NCBI GenBank assembly: GCA_963575745.1
Contig: CAUYUJ010000170.1
Coordinates: 434,001-498,000 of the forward strand
Direction of reading: 5' to 3'
Source of the DNA: Prorocentrum cordatum
Lineage: Eukaryota
Length of the DNA: 64,000 nt
Shown here: positions 1-24,555 of the stretch, piece after piece
Layout: the number at the start of each line of letters is the position of its first letter
How positions within the stretch are numbered: the stretch's first letter is position 1
Notes under the pieces: model-generated
Told to the model about the DNA's origin: nothing
Database searches by the model: none
The model's input: only the letters and a program-made list of their open reading frames with translations
Position numbers and translations under genes: made by a program

Positions 1-902
<902 letters not shown>

Positions 903-1018
903 TCCTTATTAGAGTATACTCTTACTCCCCCCTCTGGCCGGCCGATAGCGACCCCATCCGGGCCCTCCCATCCAAATTTGTAAAGAAAAAATGCAAAGTC
1001 TGAGTTTTTCTCTCAACA

Positions 1019-1510
1019 TGGCTTTTCTTGTCGCTGACGATGCGAAATGCGTAGCAGGAATTAGACGCGCACACAACGCGCGCGGCCGTCAATCCGGGCC
1101 GTCCAATCCGAACTGTCAAAAACCAATACGAAGTCATTATTTATCTCTCGGCATAGCCTGTTTTGTCGCCGACGATGCGAAATACGTGGCGGGAACGGGA
1201 CGCGGCGCACATCGCGCGCGGACATCAATCTGGGCCCACCCATCCTGACTGATATAAATCAATACAGCGTCTCCGTCGTTCCTCTCAAAATGGCCTGTCT
1301 TGTCGTCGACGATGCGAAATTCATAGCAGGAGCGGGGCGCGGCGCACATCGCGCGCGGACGTGTGGGCCAACCCCAAACGGGAGCGGCCAGCCTACCTAT
1401 CAAACACTAATACAAAGTCGACATGTTTCTTCTCAGCGAGGACTTCCTTGTCGTCGGCTTTGCGAAATGCGTGGCAAGAACGGGGCGCGGTGCACATCGC
1501 GCGAGACAGG
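1019..1510. repeat. Four diverged tandem units of ~135-148 bp inside a non-microsatellite module (901-2132) flanked by (TAC)n
   Basis: Motif TTGTCG...TGCGAAAT...GCACA(T/C)...CGCGCG recurs, with TGCGAAAT at ~1041, 1176, 1313 and 1461. Confidence 0.85.
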
Positions 1511-1616
1511 GCAAAATGTCGCTCCCGCTTCGGCGCCGCGCGCATGTTTTCTGAAAGCTGCGCTCCCGCCAAGGTGCGGCGCACATTTTTCGCTCGCCAA
1601 TTCGTCGAATGCCTAC

Positions 1617-1905
1617 GGACCCCTGGGCCCCCCAGGGTCTCCTGGAACATCCTGGAGTTTCCCGGGGCTTCCCCGGGGCCTCGTGGATCCTCCGGGGGCC
1701 TCCTGAGGCATCCTTGGGGTTCCTTTGAGTCATCGGGGCTTCCTGACACCTCCGAGGGTTTCCTGGAGCCTCTTGGAACCTCCTGGAGTTTCCTGGGCCC
1801 TCCTGAAGCCTCCTGGGGCTTCCTGGGGTTCGCTAGGGTTTCCTGCAACCTCCTAGGGCCTCCTGAGGCCTCCTAGGGCCTCCTGAGGCTTCCTGGGGCC
1901 TCCTC
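1617..1905. repeat. GC-rich minisatellite, ~10-bp period (CCTCCTGGGG/CTTCCTGAGG-like)
   Basis: Visible periodic CCTCCTG/TTCCTG units. Confidence 0.8.
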
Positions 1906-2132
1906 GGCTCGTGCCGAAATGCCAGCGCAGTCTTTGAGACGCGACAGGGAATTCCCATCGGTAACCGCCAACGCGGCTGATCTGTGCCGATCTGACTTCG
2001 GTCCCAGTTTGCGCTGGCACTGATTCTTATGTTGTGGGAGGGCTGGTGCGAATGGGCATGCCATGCTTAACTCGCTCGAGCTGGCTACCTTGACTCCTAC
2101 ACCCACTCCTACTCCTACTCCTGGTACGATCG

Positions 2133-11720
<9,588 letters not shown>

Positions 11721-11982
11721 TCATGCGCGAGCTGCACGGAGTCAGGAACCCCCAGGGCCCAGTTCCCGACCTGCCTGGCCAGGAGGCTGCTACGCAGGAG
11801 GAGCATGGAGTCCCAAGCCGAAGCTCGCAGACCCAACCCTCGCCCATGCGTGGCCAGGCTCGGTCCCAGGGAGTCCAAGGCGTGGAGGCCCAGGACCCCG
11901 GGAGGAGCGCTGGCAAGAAAAAGCGCCGTTTCAAGTAATAAGGACATAAATGCAATCAAACACTTAATAGTTATCCTCCCTC

Positions 11983-11983
<1 letters not shown>

Positions 11984-12073
<90 letters not shown>
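11984..12073. repeat. Pure (CAT)n microsatellite
   Basis: Directly visible. Confidence 0.97.
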
Positions 12074-12076
<3 letters not shown>

Positions 12077-12797
12077 CTTCCTCCTGATCCTCCTCCCGTT
12101 GCCATTATGGCGCAAGGCGGCGGCGCCCTGCGGGCGCCTGCGTTTCACCATGGCGGGTCGGCCGCCCTTCTCCCGGGACGTGCCGCGGGGCGGGAATCTT
12201 GGAACCCTCAAACCAGGAGGTGAGATATCAGGTGGTGACATGGAATCCCCCAAAAGTCACCGCCGGTCTTGGGAACACGGGGTCACAGCCGGGTTTTGTG
12301 ACTCCTGTCCTGGATCCACCAGCGTTCGGGACATCGTCGAAAAACCACGCGAGTCCCCAAACCGGGTGGTGACACCAAATCGCCCGAGACTCACTGCCGG
12401 GCGTCGTCATCACCACGCTTTGGGACTATGCAGGGAAGCAGGCGGCCCAGGGTGGCATCCCGGGGCGGGGCTGCGCGGCGGTGGCGTGGGCTGGGCGCGC
12501 GGCTGACCTGCAGAGGCCCGTGGGTGGACGTGGGCCGTCCCCGCCGCCCGCGCGCAGTGCCTCGTTGGCCCACGGCGCCGAGCTCGTCGCGGCCCTCGGC
12601 GGCAGCGCGCTGGCGAGGGGGCCGGGGCGGCCCAGGGACCCTTCGAGAATGCCTCCCCCGCGCCTGGAGCGCGCGCGACGGGGGCCGAGCACGGCCGCCA
12701 GCTCTCACGCCTCCCCAGCCTCCCGAGCGAGGAGCTGGCTGGGAGCAGACGGCTCGGCCCCTACGGGACCGCCGCGCCCGTCAACGCTCCAGCGGGC

Positions 12798-12990
12798 GAG
12801 GAGGCGACCTCGGAGGCGGGCAACATCGGGTCCTGCGCTGGCTCGGACAAGGGGAGCGGCTCGGGCTTGGAGGCGATCGAGGAAATGGACGACGAGGAGG
12901 CGGCCTCGAAGGCGTACCACGTCGGGTCCTGCGCTGGCTCGGACAAGGGGAGCGGCTCGGGCTTGGAGGCGATCGAGGGGATGGACGACG
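12798..12990. repeat. 96-bp tandem duplication (2 copies)
   Basis: CGGGTCCTGCGCTGGCTCGGACAAGGGGAGCGGCTCGGGCTTGGAGGCGATCGAGG starts at 12827 and at 12923. Confidence 0.92.
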
Positions 12991-13082
12991 TGCAAGCCAT
13001 GATGACAGGGCGCGGCGCGGCTGTCCTCAGCGCGGGGCCCCTCGCAGAGGAGCTCGTGGAGAGCGCGTCGACAGCCGACTAG

Positions 13083-13380
13083 GAAGCGATGGAGATCGAG
13101 AGTATTGAGCAAGCGCAGCAGGTGGTGCACCACGAGAAGACCGTCGAGGTGCACGGCCCGCCAAGCTCGAGGAGAAGCCGAAGGAGACCGAGAAGATCGG
13201 GAAGAAGCCGCCGGCAGAGCACCACGCGAAGACAAACGAGGTGAGACGCTGCGCCCGGTCGATCGAAGACGTGCCGAAGGATACTGAGAAGACCGGCAAC
13301 GAGCCACAGGTAGAGTACTACGAGAAGACCATCGAGGTGCAACACGCGCAGTCCATCGACCATGAGATCGCACTTTTGGC
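13083..13380 (+). pseudogene. Frameshifted alveolin/articulin-like (EKIVEVP-type) repeat-coding remnant
   Basis: Peptides QQVVHHEKTVEVH and PKDTEKTGNEPQVEYYEKTIEVQHAQSID in different frames; related copy at ~25290-25435. Confidence 0.45.
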
Positions 13381-13381
13381 C

Positions 13382-13506
13382 GGTGGATATCTCAAGCTCT
13401 CCGCCGCCTCTGGCGGCGTGCGCTGCGAACAGGAAGCCGCGGTTTTGCCGTGCCCCTGCTCGCAACGCACACCGCCAGAGGCGGCGGAGAGCTTGAGAGG
13501 TCCACC
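13382..13506. repeat. Long inverted repeat: 52-bp arms with 5 mismatches and a ~21-nt spacer
   Basis: Left arm GGTGGATATCTCAAGCTCTCCGCCGCCTCTGGCGGCGTGCGCTGCGAACAGG matches the reverse complement of the right arm. Confidence 0.93.
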
Positions 13507-14392
13507 TACCAACAGGGGGAGGCGCGGGGCCCGAGCCGCCCGACGCGGTGAGGGCGCGGCCGCGGGGCAGGGCGAAGACCCCGCCCTCCCCCCACGGGGC
13601 GACTTCCGAGGAGTTCGCACGCGTGCGATGCGCCCGCCACGCGCGCGGCCGCCTGGGCGCCTGGGCAGCGCCCTCGGACCTGCCGCCTCCAGCTGCTCCT
13701 CCACCGCCGCGGCGGCGACCCCGCCGATGGCGGGCGCCCGGCAGGCGAGGCCGTTTACCAGCCTCGCCCGCCAGGCCCACGGTCGCTGGCGCCCGCCGAG
13801 TGCGGCAGGGACACGGGCCAGACCAGCGCCCTCGACCAGACCCCTAGCCCTGTCCTCCTCGCCCTCCGCCTCGAGGCAACGATCGGGCGGGGCGAGGCCG
13901 CCAGCTCCGCGCCCCGCGGCCAGCGCGGGGGGCCCCCGCGTCGCAGCGCAGGCTGCGCTTCCAGCAGCGCCCCGCCCAGCAGCCCCAGCAAACGCCTCGG
14001 CTGGGCCAACTGGCCACCCCCAGGGCGACCCTCGGCGAGGCGGCCAAGCCCCCCCGGTGCACGACGGCGGAAAACTACGGACAATTGAGGGGCAAGGCTT
14101 GCCCGAATACCTGCTGAGCAACTCCGAAATCAGCGAAGTTGAAGCGAGACAGCGCGGCATCAGGCAGCGAGGCCAGGGCTGCAACCGCACCCGGCCCCCA
14201 GATCGCAGCAGCTTCTCTGGCAAAGGAGGCAACGCGCAGCATAAATCCAGCGGCGCCAGTGGCAGCAGTAGCAGCAGCCAGTAGAAGCGCCGAGGCCCGA
14301 ATCCCAGCACTTTTTGACAGGCGCCCTGAACCCGAGCCAGCTCGGGTTGAGTTAAGAAAAAAAACTCGGACTAGTTTACCCGCCTGATGCGG

Positions 14393-14830
14393 TCAGTCCG
14401 AGCTGTCTGAAAGGGGCTGCTGGTCTGGAGCGTGCTCACCCTCCCCCCGAAGCGGACTGCGGGCCTGAGAAGGCCCGACAGGCTCGGCCCGATCGCCAGC
14501 CTCAGACTCGCTCGCTTCGGCGGCAGGGTCAAACACTTCACAGAACACTCCAGCCAGTCTGGGATGTCTCCCCCTCCGCAGCGCCCTCAGGACCGAGGAC
14601 GCGTACTTTGACTTCCTGGGCCCCTCGGGCTCTCGGATACAAGACTTGCTGAGCTTCTTGAATCTTCCACCGCAGCTGTACCCGCAGCAGAGATGACAAA
14701 AATAAAGCATGCTTTGATTCGAACAGAGAAGGGCCGTGATAGCGTGGCCCTTATCCCGTATGGAAAGGGCCACGTCAGGGAGCTGGCCCGAGCACCCTGA
14801 AAGATCAGGCTTCACAGACTGTCTGCGGCT
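14393..14830 (-). mobile_element. Probable 3'-terminal Cys/His-domain remnant of a non-LTR retrotransposon ORF
   Basis: KGHAI...YFCHLCCGYS...KKLSKSC...VLRALRRGRHP; same pattern as 49130-49435. Confidence 0.5.
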
Positions 14831-15377
14831 GCGGAGACAAACGCTGCATCGCCAGAACGTGGCCCGAATCCCAGCACTGCCCCCCCGAAACCTCTCGACG
14901 CAAAAAAAGCTAAGCCAAGGCCCCCCCCCCACGGCCGCGCAGAAGAACGAACCCGTTCACCAGCGGCGCCCACAGACCTCTGCACAACATGCCGGGAATC
15001 CGTCGGCGGGGTAGAAAAAAACTCCAAGCGCGCCACCTTACAAGGAAGCGCCATAGGCTCCAGAAGCTTGGATGAATTGCTGTCGCTGCAAACGATAGAT
15101 AAAACAGTATCATTGAGCGCGCCAAGAGCGCTGCCCAACATCGCGCCAAAACTGCCATCACTTCTCGGGCCCCCAACCAAAGTGCAAGGCGTAAGACTGG
15201 AAAGGCAGGCGTGCCATGGGTGGCGGTGGCGCAGACAGAACTGGCGAGCACTCAATTCTCGGCGGCAGCGGCAGCTTGTCAAAGACGGCCTCCTGCCTCG
15301 CGCCAGGAAGCGCAGGGCAAGCAGGAGCAGTGGAGCGCAGCCCCAGCCTGCGTTTCTCAGCCGTAATGTTCCTATCG

Positions 15378-15770
15378 TCACGTTGATGAGCCGCCAGGGC
15401 AACTGCGCCGAGTGGCTGGGCATTCGCAATCAGGCGCTGCCGACACGCTAGCAGTAGGCCGACGCAGACGGCGAAGAAGGCCAGCGTAATCCGCAAACCT
15501 GTCAGCACAACATATGCAGGTTGGCCCAACTGCGAAAAGCTGAGCTACGTCACAGGGTTGATGCACGGGCGCCCAATGTCCACGACATCCAGCAAATGTG
15601 GACAACAACTCGTCGCAATCGCGGCAGAAGAAGCGCGCGCGGCACTGTCCGTCATACGCACTGCACTTCCCTTGAGAAGGGAGAGCGTCGATAGCTATCA
15701 AGCTGTTGCCACGCAAATCGAATGCAAGCCTCTCTGAACTGAAAATGGAATCTCTTACATCCTCAGGCAC
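15378..15770 (-). pseudogene. C-terminal C2H2-like zinc-finger region of LINE ORF2
   Basis: FFCRDCDELLSTFAGCRGHWAPVH...TCICC. Confidence 0.6.
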
Positions 15771-16199
15771 ATACCTGAGCGGAGGGGCCAGACCACCGAG
15801 ACCACCAGGTAGTTAATCGGGTGCGTCTGTGATATGCTGCTTCATGTATATGTAGTCGTGTGCCACTTGGTCGGCCCACAAGCCTTCGACCCCAATAATC
15901 GTCCAGGATCAGCCCGGGCGTTGGAGAGGCCGAGCGCATCGGGCGAGCGACGCATCTGAGCCCCCGCAACCCCACGACGCGAGTATAGTCCAGTCTGTCC
16001 GCGAGAATGAAAACGTCGCGGTCGGAAGTCCGATCGTCGGCGCAAGCAGAACGGCGACTTCCCGCTGCAAATCGGCAGCCAAATAGACATGCATGCTTAA
16101 GTTTCTCAGCGCTGGTCACTGATAACGCGTCCCGCATCTCGGCATGAGGAAAGACGCGCACTGCACAGCGCGCCCATATTCTTCAGCTCACCACTGGCA

Positions 16200-17400
16200 G
16201 GGAAATGGCGATTGATGACGGATGCCCGCAGCGGCCGAAGAGCCGCAATAGGTCCATGCCACCTCTTAGAAACTTCTGGGCCCGAGCCGCCGTCAGCGGC
16301 GTAGATCCCACCAGCGCGCCAGCATCTCTGCTCGATGGTAATGCGACCGTTTCAGAAACGATCTCAAGTCACAGCCCGAAGCCCAGCAAGTAGCCTTCGC
16401 TGCCATGGAACCTTCGCGGTGCAAAAGAAACGACAGCTGCAGTCTTACCTCTACCACGGTGCAACTGGAAAAACAAAGCCCCAGATATGCTTTCTGACTA
16501 TGCGCCCAATGTCCGAGACCTGGTCGCGCAAGCCGGCATGGTCGCAGCGCGGCGAGCAGAAACCAGAGTCGCCCAACAAGGTAGAGCCCGCCACGACAGC
16601 ATCGCCTAAGCCCAAGCCCTTTGCCAAACGTCCATTACGTCTGAGGGGCAATCAAGCAGGCCAAGGACAACGCCAGCTTCCCGCATGTCCTTCGTGGTGC
16701 CTCGTAAAGCCTGGAGCTGCGCTGAGAGACGATCCACCGGCTGCCACCTGGAACCCTGAAGTGCGCACCGCCGTGAACTTCAACAACTTGCGCCACGAGA
16801 TGTTGGCCACCTCTAGAGAGTCCACAAGGACAGGAGCAGCCAAGATAATTTCCAACAGCGGGCGCGCCAACGCAGGGACACCGACGATGACTTGGTCGAC
16901 GTACTTCCCCGCGCCAACGAGCGGTGGTCCAGCCTCTCTCAAGAGCGAACGAAATGCAGCCACGAGGTCAACGATGAGCACGATAGCGATGAACCCTTGT
17001 CGCGTTGCCACTTATCGAAAAACGCGCACTGTCTGGGATGCCGTTCCAGCGCATCGACCTTTCACGCCTTCAGTTTGCGAGCTCACCATCAGCAAGCGGA
17101 AACAATCCGCAAAAGCGGCACGCAGAAATGCATGGCGGTGTCTAATCACGTCCGAGTTCTGCATGCTGGACCTGCACGGCTCCGCCGTCTGCTGGCCAAG
17201 TCCGCCCTCGTGGGGGCCGCAGGACAGCCAAACTTATGCGCCGCAGCTTCTCGCGCCTCAACCCCGTCTTGGCCGCGATCGTCTGCAACTGCGGCAGAGC
17301 AGCACCTGGCGCAGCCTTAAGAACCGCATTCAAAGCCAAATCAGGGCCAGGTGCTCGGCGAGCTTCGACGCCGCGAAGTCGAGTTGCAAGCCAAGTTGGA
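16200..17400 (-). pseudogene. Non-LTR reverse transcriptase domain remnant
   Basis: RRAPGPDLALNAVLK, SQTEGVKGR, VLIVDLVAAFRSLLRE (DxxxAFDS-like), degenerate YxDD region (STLLGDS), GKTAAVVSF. Confidence 0.85.
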
Positions 17401-18469
17401 GGCGGAATTGCCGCGCAATTCTGAACAGAGCACCCAGCATGACAAATGGGAAGGGCGTTACGTTCAACCCGCAGTGCCCCGGCTGAACATTCGCACTCAT
17501 CTTCAAGCCTGGCGAACTCTCGCCTGAGAGCTTCCGCCCACTCAGCGGCGCTGGCCACTGAAGAGCCGTCCGACTTGATGCGCTGAGGGAGAAGGTTGCG
17601 GTCGCATCTTTTCGTTGCCCCACCGCTGAAACGAGGCAACTTCTCTGGCCAAACCCACTCATGGTGCCCATCGTGGAGAATAGCGAGAGCACCAAGCCTC
17701 CTCGCAGCTTCCGATAAGAACTCTTGTTCGTCGCGCTCCAAGCACCATGCAAACGCGCCGCTGGAATCTCTCACGAAGTGGCCAGCCGCATCGATGAGCT
17801 CTTCGATGGTGAACTCCTCAGTTTGAAAAATCGCACGACCTTGCAAGTTGCAAGGTGGGAGCGGTCCACGGACAAGGCGCAGCTGATCCCGAACTGCGCC
17901 GATGTCTAACACGGGCAAATGCATGCCTTTGCTCTGGCAGCAGACGCGCCAGAAGAAACTCAGGTTCCCGTGATTCCCTATGTAGAACAGATTGGGAACG
18001 TTTGATACAATTTCGCAGCCTGAACAACGCCGTGGCACCCGCCCTAGACCACGGCTTGCGAGGCGACAGCCTATCTTCCGCAAACGCAGCCGAGAATATG
18101 AGCCAGAGAATCATCACTTAAGAGACCTGGGCCAGCTTTCCGGGAAACTCGCCAGACAAACCCGGCCAAGTTATTGCGTCAACGCTGGAGGGGCGCACGC
18201 GCTCAAGAAACTGGGCCAACTCTGGCGAGGTGACCAAGAAACGCTGGCCCAGCTTTCCGACTGGAAACTTCTCAATCAAATGCTCGACCGCAATGCAGCC
18301 GTGCATCCGTTGACCGTAAAATCCAAAACCTGCAAATTGATGTCCTGCGCCCATGGCGCCACAGCTAGATCCTGGAGTGCCTGTCGGAACTTCTGCTGGC
18401 GAACAGGATCGGCAAGCTTCGAACGGCCTAGCCGTGGTTGCCCAGGTTCTGGCGGGCTGAACTGCGCAG

Positions 18470-19330
18470 CTGCCAACCGCATCTACTGGGGGCCAATGGT
18501 CAGGCGACTTGGCCGCAAGGTCGAGCTCCATCATCGCGCGGCAGCGCGCAGCGCAGCCATCAAAGGGACCGCGAAGCAAAACGCAATCCAGTCTGCGAGA
18601 AGTTCCACACGTGGCGCGACATGTAGCGGGGCGAGCACTCGGCCCGATTGCGTCGGAGATGGCCGCGACGCACTGCTTCGCCAGCCCACGCAACTCCGAG
18701 CCGCTGAAACTCAGAACATCCCGAGGGCCGACATCACCACAAACACCCGGTCTGCCGCGCCCCATCCACGCGCTCGCGCCCGTCATCATGGCGGGGGGCC
18801 AGTACTTGTCAAGCACAGCACGCGCATCAATCCACCACTGAAGAACACGCCGCGACCGTGGCGAGGCGCAAGCAGAACAGCGGCCGTGCGAATAAGCATG
18901 GGCGCTTCAAGACTCACGAGAATAAACATTTCGGCGGCGCGGATCACACGCGCGCTTGGGCGCAATCTCCAGCGGGCCCTCCTACCCTCGCCCATGACCC
19001 AGCTGGAGGTCGAGGAGGAGCGAGCAGCCGGGGCCCTTCGAGATCGATCCAGCGTTGACAACAAGAAATCCAACAACTTCAGACTTGCCACGCGGATAAG
19101 ACGCCCGTTGGATCCCAGCCAGCAGAAAGAAACAACAAATCTTGCAACGGGAGCCGAAGACGTCGAGCACGAGCTCCCTGTTACTCGCGCCGCGCAAGGT
19201 CGCGCACCTGACCCTTCCCATCGTCTCTTCGCCAGAGCAGATAGCACCATTGTTAAAGACAGCAAGATTGAACTAAATCTCGGCGGGTGCTTCCTTGACA
19301 ACCGATGAAGGCTCTGCGTCGTCTTTGGCC
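18470..19330 (-). pseudogene. APE-type endonuclease domain remnant
   Basis: MMTGASAWMG (GDxNA-like), SRRLDCVLL (RLDY-like) and SPDHWPPV (SDH-like) in canonical order. Confidence 0.75.
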
Positions 19331-21395
19331 ACAAAGTAACTGCGTGGAAACAGTAATTTAAAACCCTTCAACGGTGAGCGGGATGAAACGGCGACGGCGC
19401 AGCATCGTAGAAGCAGGTAAACTGCCGCCCAGCATCCACAGAATAGCCCAGCGCTGTCCGAGGGACTTCTGGTAGAACTGGCGGCGCATTGGATTCCACG
19501 GTAAAGCGTCGCGGGCTCGAGTCGGCAGCTGCATTCCACTGGAGATTTGGATGGCCGGGCCCCTGAATATCTGCGTCAGGACGAACGCGCGGAGTGTCGA
19601 GAAGAGCTGCGGCCGCGATCTCACCCGACTCAGAAACCAACCGAACTTCATTCAAAGCCCCCACCTACCGCCGCCGCGCTGTCGCAGACGATGTATACCT
19701 GCTCGCCCCACGGGAGCCGCAGGGAGAGAACGGCCGCCCAGACCACGCAGACGCGCTCAACCTCGGCGCCGCGAACATTGACGCCCATTGCGGAGATGCG
19801 GGGGGCAGCGGAAGCTGGCGCAGGCACGCGGCCCAGGTGCGCAACACCAATCGAACCCTGCACGCCGCGGGCCAGCGCGGAAGCCGCTAGCTCAGGAGAG
19901 AGATTTGAGATGCAACGACGCGTCCGAATACAAATAATGCACGGACGCCCCCGCGCTTGGACGAAGAGGGTGCGCGCGAAGAGTCAGATCAGCGCATTGA
20001 TGCAATGCCATACTCCTATAGCCCTACGGAAGCCGCATCTGCCGCTGCACCTGGAGAGGAAGCCCAGGAAGAGTTGGGACATGCCGACCTGGACAGAGCG
20101 CACGATCAGCAGCGGGCGCAGCCGCGAGATCGACCAGCTCGTTGGGGCAGTCATTCGCGACGTCATCCGACGGCAACCCCGGGGCCGCACTCGCCCGCGC
20201 CGCGCCGCCTGCGCGCGCGTAAAAAAGTCGAATCTTCTTGCGGCCAAAACAAGGCGTGATACAAGTCCAGGGTAGCAGTTCCTCTCACTTCGCCCGACGG
20301 CGCTGGCGAGGCACTGGTAGCACGAACCCAGCAACCCAGCGCCTCTTGGCGCTGCCGTCGAAATTCGCTAGCAGGCGCGCCATCCGATCTACCAGGGCGG
20401 CGGGTACAACCGACATCGGCCGCCGCCTCGCGAAGTGCAAGGGATTCTGGACTATGCGCGACGGACCCCCCAATCTCGTCGACGCAGGTGCGCAACGTCG
20501 GCGCGGAGGCAAACTGCTCGGCGCGCCGCTCCTGCACTCTGCTGCAGGCCTTCACTGTTCAGCCCATCGGCGGGGGGGCCCGCCGGGCAATTGACGCAGC
20601 GCCCCCTTGCGAACGACCTCCGAACCGCCCAGATCCACGGGCTTGCCCGCGCGAGTGCGATCGGCGCGACCTCCATCCGAACGGCTGCCAGTCGACGACC
20701 ACCCCCTTCTCTTCGGTCGTCTCGTCGTTCGCAGCCACGTCGACATGCCAGGGCCCTCCAGGCTGGGCGGCACCAGGAATGCAAACCGATGACGGCGACC
20801 ACAAATGTGAGCCTGATCCTTTGAGATTCCAGCTGGCACGGCAGGGGGAGGCGGCGGCGGCGGTGGCGCGGGCACCCACGCCACTGCAGTGCTCCGCCTG
20901 CGCCTCGTTGTGCAGCCTTTGCTCCTCTAGCTTAGCCTAGCGCTCGAGCTCGGGCTCCTGGGCAATACCGAAACTTTGCTCGTACTCATCTGCTTTGTCG
21001 GTCAATTTCTGCTCGTGCTCAGCCTGCGCATCATCGTGCTCTTGCTGGTCCTTCTGGCGCTGCTGCTCCATGATCGTCTCGCAGCATGCGAATGCATCGA
21101 ACTTCTCAGCTGGCTCGATACCCGACGCCGCAGACACAGGCTCGTCAAAGACTTCCCCCGCTGGAGGCGCCGGAAACTGAGACTGCGACTACATAACATG
21201 GGGCGACTGAACACCCTGCGGAGGCTGCTGAGCTGGCATCTGAGACTGCGGCGGGACCACCATGGGCGCGCCAGGAGCCTGGGCAGCATGGTCAGGAGCT
21301 GGGCCGGGCGGGGCACTCTGCGTCTGCGGGATAAACTGCTGGCCGCTGGCGAACTGCAGTGCAGGTGCAGAAACTGCAACTTATTAGACTGCAGC

Positions 21396-22261
21396 TTAGC
21401 CTCTTCCTGCTGGGCGCGAATCTCTGCGACCCGCCTCTTCTGCTTGCTCGGAATCTCTTGCAGCGAAGAAGCGATATGCGACAGTGCCCTGGCTTTCTGT
21501 TTCTCTTCCCTCTTTCACCTGCACAGCAACGGAAGCGGGGGCAGGAGGTGGAGGCGGCGGTTTGGCAACCACCGAAGCAGGCCCAGCCCCAGGCGCAACA
21601 CCTCCAGACTTTGGCGCAAGAGGGGGCGCAGGCGGTAGGGGCCGTACAAGCGCAGCGCTGTGATCGACTTCCATAGACGGACGCTTATCCCTGTTGGACT
21701 CGAAGCCGATGAACTGATCCTTGGCCTGGGTAAGCTCCTCGTGCAGATCCTCTGAAATTTGGTCAACTCACCCAACTGATCCTCAACCTTGCCAGCTGTT
21801 CCTGATAGATGTCTGCCCTTTGGGAAACGCACGATATGTGTTCAGTAGCTGAAAGCACTGCAAAGATCCCCGTGTTCGGACTGGTTGTCTCGGAAACTTC
21901 AACCGTTGCAGACTTATTGGCGGTGCGGAGGGACGACGTGGGTTCTGCCAATTGGCAAATACGCTTCCACTGCTTCCTTTCGAATGAATTCACGTGGTCC
22001 TTGTCTTAGTGGTTAAGCAGCTCCCGTCGGTAACCTTCGCCAAAGGTGGGTGCATGGGGCCGATCTCAGTGACGAGACTACGAACGGGGCTCTCTTTTCG
22101 CTTTGCGCTGGCAGACCTGTCGTGGCCTGCATCACGAGGCTTGGACTCCTCGCGCGACGGCTGCCTCGGCGCTCTCTGGAAAAAAGCTTCCCACACTGTT
22201 TGCAAAACCATAACGTAGACCCATTCGTTGTCGAATCTGAGATGCAAGCCCACGGAGACAT
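21396..22261 (-). pseudogene. LINE ORF1 remnant starting with a RanBP2-type zinc-finger-like motif
   Basis: MSPWACISDSTTNGSTLWFCKQCG fits W-x-C-x2-C-x3-N-x6-C-x2-C with one Cys lost; Pro-rich and charged fragments follow. Confidence 0.55.
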
Positions 22262-23208
22262 TGTACTGTGGTGAGCTGGCAATCTCATGGTAGCCTTCGC
22301 GATTCGAAGAATAGTTCAATCTCCTCCACGTTGGCGCCGACGACGCCGACGACGCCGATGCCAGGCGGCCTCAGCCTGACGGGGGCGCTTCGCCATCGGG
22401 CGAACGCTTATGGCTGGCCGCGCGGGGTCGCCCCGCGGGGCGGCGCGCGCGCATGGCGGGGGAGGCCCCGCGCACCGTTTCGATTGCGGCAACGCCTCCT
22501 CTTCCTTCACTTCCTCCTCCTCCTCCTCCTCCTCCTCCTCCTCCTCCTCCTCCTCGCGACCGGTTGTTACTGTGGCCCGTTGGGTGTTAGTGTGGCCCGT
22601 TGGGTGTTAGTGTGGCCCGTCGCGCGGCGGGATGGGAGTTACTGTGGCCCGCGCAGGCCGCTCAATGAGAAGTAATATGTAAAGGTATCTCATGTTAGAT
22701 CTGGAGAGATTCGCAACCCCTAAGGGAATGCACCCCCGCACAAGCAAAAGTGGCCACAGTAACTCCCACCTGGAACCAACGTGGTAGTAGTGCTGTGTTA
22801 GTGGTGTGGTGGTCGCTGTGCTGTGTTCGTGGCGTGGTGTTGGTAATGTTGTGTTAGTGGTGTGGTGTTGGTAGTGGCTGGTTGTGCTGTATGCTGTGTT
22901 AGAAGTGTGGTGTTGGTAGTGGTGTGCTGTGTTAGTGGTGTGGTGTTGGTAGTGTTGTGTTAGTGGTGTGGTGTGGTAGTGTTGTTGAGTTGTTAGTAGG
23001 TAGTAGTGTTGTGGTAGTGGCAGTGGTGCTGTGGTAGTGGTGTTGTGGTAGCGGTGTTGTGGTGTTGTGGTTGTGGTATTGTGGTAGCGGTGTAATGGTG
23101 TTGTGGTAGCGGTGTTGTGGTGTTGTGGTACTGGTATTGTGGTAGTAGTGCTGTAGTGTGGTAGTAAAATGGTGTTGTAGTGTTGGTGTTAAGTAATATC
23201 GTTCATAA

Positions 23209-23468
23209 GGAGTACTAATCCTACGGAGTACTAGCCGCAGGGAGTGCTAGCCCCAGGGAGTACCAGTCCTAGGAATTACTACCCCTAGGGGGTACTCGTC
23301 CAAGGGAGTACTCGTCCTAGGGAGTACTCGCACTACGGAGTACCAGCCCTAGGGAATACTAGTCCTAGGGAGTGTTAGTCCGAGGGAGTGCCAGGTAGTA
23401 CTGGCGCTAGGGAGTGCTAGCCCTAGGAAGTACTGGCGCTAGGGAGTGCTAGCCCTAGGGTGCTAGGG
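23209..23468. repeat. 16-bp quasi-palindromic minisatellite (GGAGTACTAGTCCTAG consensus)
   Basis: More than 11 consecutive 16-bp units read directly. Confidence 0.88.
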
Positions 23469-23474
23469 ACGACG

Positions 23475-24550
<1,076 letters not shown>

Positions 24551-24555
24551 TTTCG

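Larger units (their letters stand above)
14950..22330 (-). mobile_element. Degenerate LINE-type non-LTR retrotransposon (ORF1 - APE endonuclease - RT - C-terminal Zn finger) with many stops and frameshifts
   Basis: Motifs in the expected order on the minus strand: WAC..N..FCKQCG, APE motifs RRLDCVL and PDHWP, RRAPGPD, SQTEGVKGR, IVDLVAAFRSL, GKTAAVVSF, CRDCD..H..VH. Boundaries approximate. Confidence 0.85.

Noticed and set aside
22665..22693. CRESS-origin-like stem-loop (ATGAGA...TATTAC...TCTCAT on minus); also TATTAC at ~11936, ~23193 and ~53496, and TAGTATAAC at 45741
   Set aside because: None matches NANTATTAC within a strong stem, and TATTAC is common in this TAC-rich window.
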